Shown piece by piece: positions 11,198 to 24,922 of a DNA stretch of 64,000 nt (the stretch's first letter is position 1; each line of letters opens with the position of its first letter). A program made the position numbers and the translations under genes. Source of the DNA: Neoconidiobolus thromboides FSU 785. Its lineage: Eukaryota > Fungi > Entomophthoromycota. The notes below the pieces were generated by a model. The model searched no databases, was not told the origin of the DNA, and saw nothing but the letters and a program-made list of their open reading frames with translations. The stretch lies in assembly GCA_025603075.1 (NCBI GenBank), contig MU626336.1:1-64000 (forward strand). Direction: 5' to 3'.

Positions 11198-12702
11198 ATG
11201 AGTCTCAAAAAACCTAAATCCGAATCTCCGCCACCTATGGGCAGTTTATTATTAAAACTAGTGTTAAAGAAACCAACTTATTGTTTAGTTGTTATAGCTG
11301 CTTTTTTATCTTTATTAAAAGGTTATTTTTTTATGGTCAATTACAAGCCCCCAGATCGTGGATTAGTTTATTCTAAATTAAAAATGCAATCAATTCAAAT
11401 TAAAGAAAGCGGTAAGTAAAATAGCTTTATAGAATATTATTATAGCTATTGTATAAAATGGTTTATTAATAATAATTATTTCTGTTAGGTAGTAATTCAA
11501 TAATATATATTGGTTCAACGCCAAAACCGATTCCGAGGAATTTTGAAGTATTAGTTAAGGTAAAAACATATACTAATCATTTATTAGTAATATTAATATT
11601 ATATTAGGTTAAAGCGTTTGGTATTAATAGATTAGATTTATTACAAAGGGAAGGTAAATTTCGACAAAGTAATATTGGCAGTAATATTATGGGGATTGAG
11701 GTTGCTGGTACAGTAACAGAAGTAGGCGAAGATGGTAATAATAATATATATATACAACAAATAAATAAAATATTAATATTAATATTAATATTAATTCTTA
11801 TTTTATTTTAGTAAAAAACATCAAAATTGGAGATAGAGTCTGTGGTTTAGTCTATGGGGGAGGGTATTCCGAAGTAAGTATTATCCCAATTTGTTTATTT
11901 AATATTTAATATTTAATTCTTTTATTTATTTATCTTTATTATTATAGTATGCAGTTATCCATAGTAAATTAACATTTAAATTACCTAATAGTTTATCGTT
12001 TGAACAAGGGGCTGCTATACCCGAGGTAATTATTATTTCTAATTTGTATTTTATAATATTAATTATTTTACTATTATTTATTAGTCGTATTTAAGTAGTT
12101 ATTATATATTAAAAAAAATTGGTCAAATAGCTCCTGGAAAAAACATATTAATCAATGGAGTGGGAGATGGAATGGAAGATTCCATAATTCAATTATCTAA
12201 ATATTATAAAAGTAATAAGATTATAATAGTTTGTAATAGTTATGATAAGATCAAACATTATGAAAAGATGGGAGCATCAAAAGGAATTAATTATGAAAAA
12301 GAAAGTAATTTATTAGATAAGATACAAAAGAGCGGAATTAAAGGGATTGATTTAATAGTTGATAATTTGGGGACCAATTTGTTTTATGAAAATTTAAAAA
12401 CATTAAGCAAAAATGGAATTTATGTTTTATTAAATAGCAATCTATCTGAAGATATTCAATTAGATTTAAACTATTTATTAAAGAATAGTTTAAGTTTAAT
12501 TTCATTTCAATTATTTAATAATGAATCTGATAAATTATTTTTATTAGCTGAAGAATTTAAAAAAGAAATATTACCTAATTTAGATAATAAATTAATTAAA
12601 ATTCATATTGACAAAGCATTTAATTGGATTGAAATGGAAGATGCTCATCAATATTTATCTTCAAATTCAAATTTAGGTAAAGTTATTGGTGTTATTGACT
12701 AA
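11198..12702 (+). CDS. PIG3/zeta-crystallin-type NADPH:quinone oxidoreductase (MDR superfamily), multi-exon, with hydrophobic N-terminal extension
   Basis: Spliced exons give EVLVK|VKAFGINRLDLLQREG, GIEVAGTVTEVG, GDRVCGLVYGGGYSE|YAV, SFEQGAAIPE and a C-terminal HQYLSSNSNLGKVI. Confidence 0.82.
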
Positions 12703-12975
12703 TAACTTATATTATATAATATACTACTCTCTATATTCTACTCTTTACTTTCTTTATTCAATATTCTCTCTATTAATTTAAATAAAACTTTAATAATTTT
12801 AAAAAAAATCACCTTTATTATTCAATATTTAATTAAATTAAATCACACTTTAATCCTTCTCCTGTAATATATTAATAAATTCAATCTTACTATCATGAAC
12901 ATACTGACTATTAATTTAATTACATAAAAATAAAATCTCATCACTTTATTTCTTTTGTTTTAATTTTATTTTCAT

Positions 12976-15519
12976 TTAAAAAAACTTTTTTGATGTAAAT
13001 AAATTATTATTAAATTGTATTTTTGAAAAAATAGAAGGTTCCATTGAATCTTGATAATCTAATTCATTTTCTTTAGTCCTAATTGATTCTAATACTTCTC
13101 TTCTTTGTGACCAGTCTAAATCAACTCGATGTTGAATAATATCTTCAATTAAATTTAATGGCATATCAAAATATTGTTTTCTTAAGGGATAAAATTCTAA
13201 AAATATCATTTTACTTGGTGATGAAGCTAAATTTTGTAATCTTATTAATGGGTCAAATTGTACAGAAGTATATTTGTTATCTAAATATTTGTTAAAAAAT
13301 TCTTGTAACCCTTTTGTTTCTTCCAACATTTTATTACTACATTGTGGTAATATGAATTTTGCTTGTTTATTTTTAAATGCCTTAATTGATTCAATCATTG
13401 TTAACTCTAATAATTTTTCCATTAATAAATTAAATAAAAATGGATTTAATTGAGTTTTAAAATCTTCACAATAATCTTCATATGTGGCAATAATACATAG
13501 TATTAAATCTTCTTCATACCAAACTTCAGTATAAATTTGACTATATAATTCCTTCAAATCATTAAATATAACTTTTAAAATAATGTCGACTCCTAAAGTA
13601 GCTAATTTAAAAAAGCCATCTGACATTTCATTGATATATGTCATTGCTCTTTCTTTATAAACATCGTGTAACATACCACTTACTTTATTAATTAAAGGTT
13701 CTCCTCTATCTACAGATCTTAATTGATTATTAATTAAAGCAATAACATATTCTACAAATCCTTGAGAAATAGAAGATGGATCATCTAAATATTTTTCTAA
13801 TTCATTACGCATTGTATCTGAACATCGTTGTTGATAAACTTGTGCCATTTTAGTACAACATTTAATAACTTCTACTAAAATACGTGCTGAATTGGCATCA
13901 GCTGCTAATTCAATTTGAGCATCATATGCTTCAAATCCAGTATCAGATGCACTTAAATAATAATTACCTTCATGATTAATATGAGGTTCTTTATCTCGAA
14001 TTAAAAAATAATCTAAATCTAGTTTAATTAATGCAGATGTTTGCTCTGATAATCTATCCATAACAATCGATAAATAACCCTCAATTAATTTAGATTGATT
14101 ACCACCTAATAATGGGGGTTCTAATGAAGATTGAGAAATACCTAATTGATGAAATAATTCATCGTGATAATCTTGTATAAATCTCATGACTTCTAATATT
14201 TCTCCACCAATTAATTTACTTATATCAGATACTAATGTTTCTAAATGATGAAACACTCTTTTGTGATATTCATTTACAAAAAAATCAAATATATTATAAC
14301 TAGGCGGAAATGCAGAGAATAAAGTATCATTTAACAATTTTAAATCTTGAGGAATGGATTCTAATGTAGCAATAACATCAAATAAATTGGTTTGATCTAC
14401 ATCTTGAAAATAGTTTTGAAATCTTAATTCAATGGCTTCTTTTAATGAATTTAAAAATTGATTTTTAAATCCCTTATTTTTTCTTGGACTACCTTCCGCT
14501 AATTTCCATTTATTATTTGCTCTTTGACCTGCAAATTTTAAACTTTGAGTCTTTGCTTGTTCCACTTGTAAAGCTCTTTTATCTGCCAATTCTTCACATT
14601 CTACAATTTTAATTACATGAACAAAATGTTTTAATTCTCCATTTTCAATCCATAAATATAAATCCTTTACTACATCCCAAAGAAATCGTAAAAAATCAGA
14701 GCTAACTTGATCCACTTTTCGAAATACTTGATTTAAATCAATAGCTACTTCTTGTGAGCACTTTTTACTATAATGCATAGTAACATCTCGGAATTCCTCT
14801 ACATGATATAATTCATAATGAATAACCAATAAATTGATTTTAGTTAATCCTCCAGGTATCCTTGCTCTTGCTAGTAATTGTTCAATTAAATTGATTTGTT
14901 GTTGAAATACTTGAAACCTTTTAACATAACGATGGGTAGCTACCATATTACTATGAATCCTTGATAACTTTAAAAAAAATTAATTAAAACAATTTAATAA
15001 AAATAAAATAAGAATTATTACCTCTTTAATAGTTTCATAACCCGGAATTTTACTTTGATTTTCTTTACAAAGTATCTCCACTTTTTGAATACTTTGACGG
15101 ATTTGATTGAGCCTCTCATTAGAGCCTGAAAATAATTTAAATGTTTCTTGAATATCATCAAATTGGGATTGTACATCTGTTCTCAATTGAATCTCAACAG
15201 TAGATTTTTCTTGGATTAATTTCTTCCTTAAAAAATCAATCTTTACGTTTAAATCATCCGGATGTTTTAATAGCTCTGATAAGCGCGAAATAGCTACTTT
15301 ATAAGCTTCCATATCTCTAGTTAATGGATCGTCATTACTTTGAATGCTGGAAAACTTTGTTGGACTTGGTAAATTGATGGTATTATTAAACTTCTTTATT
15401 GAAGCTTGTCGTTGTATTGGACTTTCTATATAATCTTCACCTGTGATGGAATTATCTTTCGTTATGGTAATTGCATATGGTACCTTGATTTGTTTTTCTT
15501 CTTTATTATTGGGATCCAT
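12976..15519 (-). CDS. SEC6: Exocyst complex component Sec6 (EXOC3), 2 exons
   Basis: LSELLKHPDDLNVKI...EKSTVEIQL N-terminus, IVECEELAD, PPSYNIFDFFVNEYH and EFYPLRKQYFDMPLNLIEDII; the intron at about 14968-15021 joins ETIKE|LSRIH. Start taken at the first ATG (MDPNN). Confidence 0.85.
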
Positions 15520-15711
15520 TGGCGTTGAATTAGATGAGTAAAATGGGTGGATTAAATTTGTAAGTTGAATTGGAAATAAAGTGGCTTGGAATTCAAGTTC
15601 TTTTGTTGTCAGGTGATTGAAGATAGTTAATATGACCAATGAAATCAAGAAGATTTTTGTAGTGGAACGTAATGAGATTTAATAGCTAATAATTGATTTT
15701 TTAATTAATAA

Positions 15712-16939
15712 ATGTTTGGTTTTAATGGGAAAGATAATAGCTTGTTTCAAAAGTGGAATGGTGCGGATAGAAGCTATTTAAAAAATAGTTGTATAAATAA
15801 AAGTATATTTGATATAAAGGAAAATGGTAAGTTTTGGGAATACATAGACCTATTATTAAAATTAATTAATGTTTTTATATTAGATACCGGTAATGAGTTT
15901 CAAAGTGATAAAGATGATATTATATTTAATAAAAAAATCCAATCGGAAAATATTGGTAATAACTCCATATTTGAAATGAATAAAAATCATGAAAATTTGG
16001 AAGCTATGAGTAAGTTGATTTAATATTTTGTACTATTAGCTTATTTAATGTTAATTTTTTAGATAATAACTCCCAAGATTTTAATAAATATTTAGGCAAC
16101 TCAAAAACAAAGTTTTTTGAACAGGATAAAGTTATAAGAGTAGAAGATAAAGGCAACGATATCGGAAATTATTCACTTAACAATGACACAATTAATCCAA
16201 ATTATAATTTATTTTCAAAATTTAAATCAAAGGGGAAAATGGGTGGAGTAAAAAATAGAAATGATTTTAATTATACAAGTAGGGAGGAAAAGGATTCGAT
16301 ATTCAATAAAAATATTACTGTGAGGAGTGAATATGATAGTAAGGACAGTATATTTAATCGACAAAAAGAAGATGTGAAGTTTTTAAATAATTCAATATTC
16401 AACCATAAGAAGTTCCAAAACAGGAAGGAACCAGATGAAAATAATTTTACTACTTCTATAATAAATCAAAGTATATTTGATAATAATGGAAATAAGGATA
16501 CAACAGGATTAAGAGGATTTGAAAATAATATTAAATTAGATCAAGAAGAGAAAAATCAATATTCTGTTAACAATGTAGAGCCAACAGTTAGGTTTAGAAA
16601 TTTAGAAAATAAAGATAACTTCGATACGCTTAATCTAAAACAAGATAAGAATAACGAATTGAGATTGAATGATAATTATTTCAATGGTAAAAATCAAACT
16701 AAACTTTCAATGTTTCAATTAAATAGAGATAAAAATAAAGAAAATAATAATAACTTATTTCAATATAAAAAGCAGGAAGAAAAGAAACAAAGGAATGAAA
16801 AATATTATAAACAATATCTTCAAAGTAAACAGGAAATTAAAAAAGCAAATCAATTAATAAATAGTTTAGATATTGAATTAAATTATACAAAAAGTAAAGT
16901 GGAACAATTACAAGAGAAAATAAATCATGAGTTTATATC

Positions 16940-16976
<37 letters not shown>

Positions 16977-17810
16977 GATGAATTTAATAATTTAAATCAA
17001 TATTTATTTAATATATCAAAATCAACCATCGTCACAGATTTAGCCACTCAACAAAACCTTCAAAAATTAGAAGAATGTATTAATATTATTAAAATGGATT
17101 ACATACTAATGAAACATCAATTAAATAATTATAAAAACAATCAACAGAATATAATAAATAATGAGCTAGAAAAAGAAAATTTAATTTATATTAATAATTT
17201 ACAATTGTCTGAAGAAAAAATAAAACAATTACAGTTAAAGTTAATAGAAACTCGTAAATTAGCAAAAGAAAAAGATATATATATTAATGAATTAGAATCT
17301 TATGGAAATAAATTAAAGAATCAGTTATATGAAATTAAAGCTAAAGATCAGAATATGAATGAGTTAAATAATGATTTAAGTAAGATAAATGAACAATTAA
17401 ATCAATTAATTATTAGAAATAAAATACCAATCTCAATAATGGGTAGTTATATAGATCAACAAGAACAAATAAATAATATTGAATTAATAAATAGCAATTC
17501 AATATATTCAATAAATTATTATAACTCAATACAAGATAAACTAGAACATATTAATAACTATTTAATTATAATAAATTCCCAAAACATCAATAATGGCATA
17601 TCCAACAAGGAATTAAAACTTATAGATATTCAAAAGAAACTCAATGATAAAGAAATAGAAGTTAAAATTTATAAAAAAATGTTAAACTTTATTAAAGAGA
17701 AATTGGACAGAAATGTAAAGCAACAAATCGTTCAAGGGATGATTACTCATGAGTTAAATCAAATTGAAGAAAAACAAAGAATCTCAAAATTGTTTAGAAA
17801 ACTGAAATAA
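15712..17810 (+). CDS. Asn-rich protein with repeated SIF motifs and a long C-terminal coiled coil (unknown function), 3 exons
   Basis: ORFs 15712-16023 and 16239-17810 are joined by GT-AG introns (about 15827-15882 and 16010-16062); heptad-like C-terminal half. Confidence 0.65.
16941..16973 (+). repeat. (AAT)11 microsatellite encoding poly-Asn
   Basis: Read directly from the sequence. Confidence 0.95.
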
Positions 17811-19089
17811 ATAATATTGTATATATTAATTAATTAACTAATTTTTGATATTAAAGTTCTAATTGGCGATTGTGTTTTTATATTAATTGAGTTAAGGTCT
17901 AGTATTAAAATTTTAATTAAGTTAGTATAATGGATAACTATTTATATGTATTATAATTATGAAAGCCTAGTAAGTTGATATCAAAAGTAAATAGATAGTA
18001 TTGATATATTTTAATTAAACATTATTGTTTAAAATTTTAGAATATTTAATTTTAATAATAATAAAGTTAGATATTATAATAAAAAAATCCTTCAAACTTC
18101 TAATATTCTTTAATAATATATAGTTTAGATGATGCTTACTAAAAAGTATCTTGATAAGAAAGAAAAACGGCTATAAGGGATTAAAGGAATATGAGATATA
18201 GATAATCACTAATATAAATCGACCTAGATTTTATATATTAAAAGTTCTTTTCTTTAACTTTAGAAATTTAAAATAGTTAAGAAAATTCTGAACTGATTTA
18301 ATTTAACTTTCTACTCAGAAAAAAAGTAAAAATAAAGAATATTACTAAATCTAACACTTGAGCTTATTTTAGTAAGGATCTTATGCGTTCCAAACTTATT
18401 CTTTACTATATTAAATTGGAATTTATCAAGGAATTTTATAAATTAATAGAAACCTTGTTCTAAAAAAATTCAATGATATTAAAATCTTATTAGTGATTTC
18501 ATATGGCTATTTCATAACACGTAGCTCGGTATATTTACAAATAATTCTGTTTTTTGTATAAACGTAACATAATTATATCAAAATCATATTTAATCAAAAT
18601 CAATTTTTTAATATTTACATCATCTACATTTTGGTTTCGAAAAGGCAATGATTTCAATTTGTATAGCGACGAATAGTGATGAAGAATTAAAATAAAATGC
18701 GTTGTTCAAAGCCAATCAATGCAATATCAACAAAGTTATCCCAACAAAAATAGCATAGTAGGTCAATATGAGGAAGAAAACAATAGATTAAAGCCTAATA
18801 AATACAAGATAAAATTTATGTAAAATAAAATAAGCTATTCTTTAATTTGAAACATTCAAATAAAATATCATATCTAAATATACCCTTTTCCTTACTAACC
18901 GATAATAAATAACCCCAATCTTCTTCAATGATATTCTGATATTACCCACTTTTTATTATATAAATGAGCTAGCTTCCAAATTTAGATAATATTCTAAAGT
19001 CCTGTTATTAAAACTATATATAAACTCAAGTTTGACTTTTCAAAGATTCTCTAGATTTTTCATTCTTTTTTAACTAATTTATAAAAAAA

Positions 19090-20580
19090 ATGTTAGACGA
19101 ATACACTTGGTTGTTTGCTTTAAGTATCATTGTAGCATTTATTGATGGCTATGGTATTGGTGCTAATGATGTATCTAATTCCTTTTCCACTTCCGTAGGT
19201 TCAAAATCAATCACTTTAGGACAAGCTTGCTTTATCGCCATTTTCACAGAGTTTTTAGGTGCTTTTTTATTAGGTGCTAATACTGCTTCCACCATCAGCG
19301 GAAGTATCATTGATATGTCTAAGTTTATAGATAATCCAGGACTTTTAATGTTAGCTATGTTCTGTGCTTTAATTGGATCTTCTACATGGACCTTGATAGC
19401 CACTAGATTAGGTTGGCCAGTATCCACTTCTCATGCTATTGTTGGTGCCACCATTGGGGTTGGTATTGCAGGCTATGGACCAAGTAATGTCAAATGGGGA
19501 TATAATGGAGTAGCTAAAATTGTTACCTCTTGGTTTGTTTCTCCAATTACTGCTGGTATCGTTGCTAGTATTATTTTTCTTATAACCAAGCATGCTATTC
19601 TCAAACATGAAAACTCATTTGAACGTGGTTTAAAAGCTATCCCTATTTATTTTGGTCTTACTGCTGCTATCAATTTATTTTATATTTTATTTAAAGATAC
19701 AAAAGAACCAGGAGATATTGGTATTGGTGCTTTGGTAGGTATTGTAATTGCTTGTTCAATAGTAGTTGCCCTATTCTGTTGGTTTTTTGTTGCACAGTGG
19801 TTACGTCGTAGCTTAAAAGGGGATGAATACTTAAGATGGTATCATATTTTTGTGATTCCATTTTTAAAAACTCAACCTAAAAAGGCCGATATGATTCAAC
19901 CTGAAGCTGCTAAAGAAGAAGAAGATACAACATTAGAGACCAAAGAATCCTTTATTGCAAAAGTCAAAAAAGTGCTTTTGAGTGGTATTAATCATGATGT
20001 ACATAAAATCGACTCTGAACATATAGCTAATGTCCATCAAGCAGCTGAAAGATATGATAATGATACTGAGTATATGTATTCCTTTTTACAAGTTGTAACC
20101 GCTTGTATGGCTTCATTTGCTCATGGATCCAATGATGTAGCTAACGCTGTTGGTCCTTTATCAGTAATTTATAGTATTTGGAGTTCTGGCATAGTATCAC
20201 CTAACAATATTGAAGTACCAGTATGGGTGTTAGCCTTTGGTGGCATTGCTATTGACATTGGTCTTTGCACCTATGGCTATAATATCATGAAGACTTTGGG
20301 AAATAAGATCACTTATATTACTCCATCAAGAGGATTTTCAATGGAATTAGGTACATCGTTAACAGTTGTAACAGCTTCAAAACTTGGATTACCAATTTCA
20401 ACTACTCATTGTATTACTGGTGCTACAGCAGCTGTTGGCTTATGTAATGGCAATTCATCTTCTCTTAATTGGAGGATGTTAGGATGGTGCTTTTTCTCTT
20501 GGGTTTTAACTTTACCCTTTGCTGGCTTGACAGCTGGAATCTTTTTCTATGTTCTTTCTCATGCACCAAAATTTAGTTAG
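19090..20580 (+). CDS. PHO89: PiT/PHO4-family Na+:phosphate symporter (Pho89-like), intronless
   Basis: GIGANDVSNSFSTSVGS and SFAHGSNDVANAVGP signatures; PVSTSH and PISTTH repeats. Confidence 0.93.
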   Translation: MLDEYTWLFALSIIVAFIDGYGIGANDVSNSFSTSVGSKSITLGQACFIAIFTEFLGAFLLGANTASTISGSIIDMSKFIDNPGLLMLAMFCALIGSSTWTLIATRLGWPVSTSHAIVGATIGVGIAGYGPSNVKWGYNGVAKIVTSWFVSPITAGIVASIIFLITKHAILKHENSFERGLKAIPIYFGLTAAINLFYILFKDTKEPGDIGIGALVGIVIACSIVVALFCWFFVAQWLRRSLKGDEYLRWYHIFVIPFLKTQPKKADMIQPEAAKEEEDTTLETKESFIAKVKKVLLSGINHDVHKIDSEHIANVHQAAERYDNDTEYMYSFLQVVTACMASFAHGSNDVANAVGPLSVIYSIWSSGIVSPNNIEVPVWVLAFGGIAIDIGLCTYGYNIMKTLGNKITYITPSRGFSMELGTSLTVVTASKLGLPISTTHCITGATAAVGLCNGNSSSLNWRMLGWCFFSWVLTLPFAGLTAGIFFYVLSHAPKFS

Positions 20581-21540
20581 ATTATTTATGGTTTATCTTG
20601 GTTGATTAAGCTGTTTTGAAAAGTATGTTGTTAATTCTAAATATATATTATGTGAAATCATTATTAATTACATTTCTTTTTTAAATTAACTTATGACTAT
20701 GATACTAATGTAATTATATAGCGTACATATGGTATTATGGTAATTATGAAGTTTTTTGTCGATAGCAATTTTATATTTTATGACAGCTTAGAGTTAGTTT
20801 TTCATTTAAATTTTGTATACCTATTAAATACATCTTTAAGTGTTACAAGGTTTAATTCTATTAAGATAAATATATTTAACATTATCCCAATTGATAACTT
20901 GGAAATTGTTTTGAAGTTTCTTAGGCTAAAGGTAGAATTAAAGTATTTATCAATAGAATAGAGAAACAAGAGATGAAAGGGAAAAAGTGGAGACTGGGAT
21001 GTCTCAACACAGAATTAATAATAATAATGAAAAAGTGTTTTTAAATATGACCTTTCGAAATAAAGGTATAGGCCTAAAGAAAGGTTTTTTGAATTGTAGT
21101 TAAGAAAGAGTTATGTATAAACAAAGTAGTTGTATCTTAAAAAGGGAAAAAAATGAGATAATAAATTTTAAAGTTAACATTAGGTGGGAGTACCATCAAC
21201 GTAGAAGATATAGTAGTGAAATAACATTAGTTAAAGTTAATTATATTTAATAAAATAGATGTAGTTTATTGATTTATAAGTGATTTTAATTTGTGTCAAT
21301 ATGGGTTGTTTCAGTACGTTACTTTATGTACTTGTGCCCTTTTTTAAAAGTTAGAAGTTAAAATTAAATGCATTTAAATATATATAATAAATACATACTT
21401 TACCATTAATTTTGTTGATTTCTTATTAAATTGAATATACCAAAACAATGTATATGATTAATAAAAAGCAAAAAGTAAACTTAGTCACTTTGAAGGGTGA
21501 GTTGTCTAAACAATTTTAGTTAAATTCAAGCTATGAATTA

Positions 21541-22060
21541 AAAATGATTTGCCACTACACATAAGGGTATCATTTATATCAGCTTGAAAGTAGGGAGAGT
21601 CCCTATTGCCTTTTTTTTGTAGTTTTACTGGTAGTGTCGTAAGCTTCGGTACAAGAATTTTTACCAATTTTTAAACAAGTAGTGTAATGGAGGTATAAAC
21701 AGTTTCTGAGTAAGTGATAATAGTTAAAAACCTAGTAGAAAGCGTATAGTTTCTATATACGAACCTATCAAATGAGCCCTTAACTAGATTGTTTTCTTTT
21801 TACATGTTGTAGCATCACTATTTTCAGATACTGTATAAGTTATATTAGTGATAAATTTGAAAGGCTCCCCTTTAAAAGTGCATGAATATTCATATCCTTC
21901 TTTTAGTTTTCCTGGTACTAGTTAGTTTCTCGAAATCTTCAGCTGTACAATCTAAAGAATCATTCTTTATTGAAGATGGTTTTCCACCTACTAAACTTAA
22001 AACTACAATTGATATTTATAAAGATAGTATAAAGGCTTTTAACTTTTAAAAATATCAAAA
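21541..22060 (-). pseudogene. Decayed small secreted-type Cys-containing protein gene, copy 1
   Basis: Frameshifted reading ISIVVLSLVGG-KPSSIKNDSLDCTAEDF...LKEGYEYSCTF...ITNITYTVSENSDATTCK...CLYLHYTTC...KGNRDSPYF, colinear with copy 2. Confidence 0.55.
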
Positions 22061-23374
22061 CATTCAATATGAACGTACTGTTATTATTATTCACATTTAA
22101 TAATTCCTCCCTTTTGGAACTTAGGGTCTTTGTTAAATACTTGGAAGAGACTTTATTATTTTATATGTAGAATAACAGTTCATCTTTATTATTTCTCTTA
22201 ATGATCTCCAAAATAATTAATATAATTTTAATCAAGTTTATGTGGGTTAGTTTAAAAACTTGGTTCAATTTTTATTGAGTTTAGATTTTTAGTAAAAATT
22301 GGGAATTGAATATAAGGAGGTGCCATAAAATTGGTTGCTTTTTGTTATGAGAACGTTTTTTTGGCCAATATTTTATCTATAAAATTTAAAATTTACGCTA
22401 CAGAAAATGGACAAAAATATAAAATGTGAAATCTTTCTAATTAACTAAGCTTTTTAAACTTATCTATATTTAATATTTCTTATGAAATAAGGTCTAAAAG
22501 TAGTTTATCCTATATGTAAAGGCTCTAGATATGATTTTGAAAACTGTGTAATATAAAGTCTTTTATTTTATAAATTGAATCTATAGTATTATTTTAACTT
22601 TTATATATCATGTAGTTTTTATCACACATTTTAAATTTGTTCCGCAATATGAATATTTAGTAGCTAATTGAGTTTTTCAATGTTTTGGAAAAACTTTTGG
22701 GCAAACCATACCTTTGGGCATTTGTAATACTAGCTGGTCTTTTAGCGATATATTCTTACTCATTGAAACTATTACTAACTGAATTAAATGTGAATTGGAT
22801 ATTTCTAATTTTCTACTTGCTGGCTAAGACTGCTTTTTGTAAAATAACAACCATCTTTAGATTTAAGTTATTTTCATTAATTATTTACCTCTTTATCATT
22901 TCCTTACCACACTTCAAACATTTCTTCACAAGTCATTTGTGAGTTTTTCAACTCTTTCATGACTATTTAAAATAGCTTTTAGATAAACATTAATATACCT
23001 AAGTTATTCAGTACACAAATAGATGATGATGATAATTTATAAGCAATTTAAGAACAACCTTTGATGATGCGGAAAGAGATTTATTGTGACTATGTTTAAA
23101 TAAAAGGAACAGAGTGGATTAATTTATAAATAACAATAATACAAACTAATATACAGCTGCTTTAGCGATTTTGTATTTACTCTCTAGACTTTGGTGCTAG
23201 ACAAAGTCATGCTTATGTAACATATATATATCTACTATCAGTTTTATTGTTTTACTTCTTACTAAACTAGGCAGATCAAAATAACATATATGATCAATGA
23301 AAAATAGAAAGATAACTTAATCATTTGAAAGGATGAGCTATCTGGGTACTTTTAATAAATTCAAGCTATAAAAA

Positions 23375-23850
23375 TAAATCAAATGTACCTTTGTACATGA
23401 GGATATACTGCCTATCTTTCTGATAGTAAAACGGATCTCTGTTCCCTTTTTTCATAATATTTCCAAAGTTTTTGGTACCTTCATAAAAGGATTTTATCTT
23501 TACTGAAACATCTGACATAGTCTAGGTCAAAACAATCTTCTGCATTGACGATAGGATCTATAAATCGAACGTTAAGCGTATATTTTCTACATATGAGCTC
23601 ATCAAATGGATTTCTAACTAAGCTATTTCCTCTCTACACCTTATAGCATCATTATCTTCAGGTACTGTACAAATTATATTAGTGATAGTTTGGATTCGAT
23701 CATGTAATTTATATGAACATTTATACCCTTCTTTTAGCATTTTTCTGGTACTGATTGGTTTACTAAAATCTTCAATTATACATGTGTGATATGATATAAT
23801 ACTTGATTTTCAGCTATTAAATTTGAAACTACAGTTGTCATTATTAGTAG
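23375..23850 (-). pseudogene. Decayed small secreted-type Cys-containing protein gene, copy 2
   Basis: CIIEDFSKPISTRKMLKEGYKCSY...ITNIICTVPEDNDAIRCR...CFDLDYVRC...KKGNRDPFY; upstream flank 24050-24240 also resembles 22080-22540. Confidence 0.55.
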
Positions 23851-24555
23851 ATATATAGTGATATTTGAATTCTTTTTGAATATGTTTAAAGGAAATATTA
23901 AAAGCTTTTATATTACGTTTCATCGTTATTAGAAGCTAAACTATTACCCAGTTGTATAAGGTGTTCTTAATAGGTTACTAATTTATATAAATAGAGAAAT
24001 AAAAGTACAGTATGTTATTAAAATACTTCACCTCGATGGGGTGTGTTTCATTATTCACATTTGACGCTTCTTTCGTTTTGGAACTTAATATTCTTGTTTA
24101 CTGTCCAAAAGAGAAATTGTTATTGATTTTTACTTGAATAAGTTGATTTAAATTGAGTTTATATTTTAAAAACTTTTTGAACTAAAAAAGTTTCGTAGTA
24201 ATTTATCCTTTATGTAAAAGGTTCTAGATATCTTTAGTTTTTTTTTCTATTTTTTTTATTTCAAAATACTTGGGGGGCTCTTTGAGCACTCAAACTTGTT
24301 CTAAATGGAAATTCAAAAGTACTTAAGTCAATATTTTTGTGAAGAAATGAATGAACAGCAACATCTAAACTTTATACCTTTACAATCTTCTTAGTCTTGA
24401 AAATACCAAAATGTCTAAGTGTTTTATTAGTGGAAGGAGATCTACAGGGTGGAACAAAAACTTGAAGGAAGTACAAAAGATAATTAATAAAAGATTACGT
24501 TTGAGCTACAAGTTCAAAGATTTCGCTATCTCTTTTGAAAGAGGAAAGAGTATAT

Positions 24556-24653
24556 GGGGATATATTTTTTGTATTTGATAATTTTACTACAACCTTTCCA
24601 CTCAAATAGCACTTAAGAAATGGAAAAATAACGAAATAAAAAAAAACATTCCC
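24556..24653 (+). mobile_element. MITE-like element, copy G
   Basis: GGGGATATATTTTTT...CCACTCAAATAGCAC...AAAACATTCCC; flanks ATAT/ATAT. Confidence 0.85.
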
Positions 24654-24922
24654 ATATATTAAAAAGTTCTAATTTAAATATGCTTTTTTAAGAAAAAAGA
24701 CAGCTTATACTGTCTAGAGGTTTAAGAGATCGTATGAAGAGATGTTAGTCTTGCAATTTTTACTATATGGGTATGCCTTTCTTGTTTAAGAGTTGTATTA
24801 AAAAACATTTCTGTATAATAGCCCTTAAAAAATCATAATTATATGAAACTAAAAAGATACCTCTATATATTATAATTCTTGCAAAATGAATTTGATTTAC
24901 TAAAGATTACTCAAGTTTATTT

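Noticed and set aside
22347-22430. GAGAACGTTTTTTTGGC, resembling a MITE end
   Set aside because: No recognisable core or opposite terminal repeat; too degenerate to count.
24268-24295. GGGGGGCTCTTTGAGCACTC hairpin near CTAA, resembling a Helitron 3' end
   Set aside because: Single occurrence with a short stem, no matching 5' TC end and no second copy.
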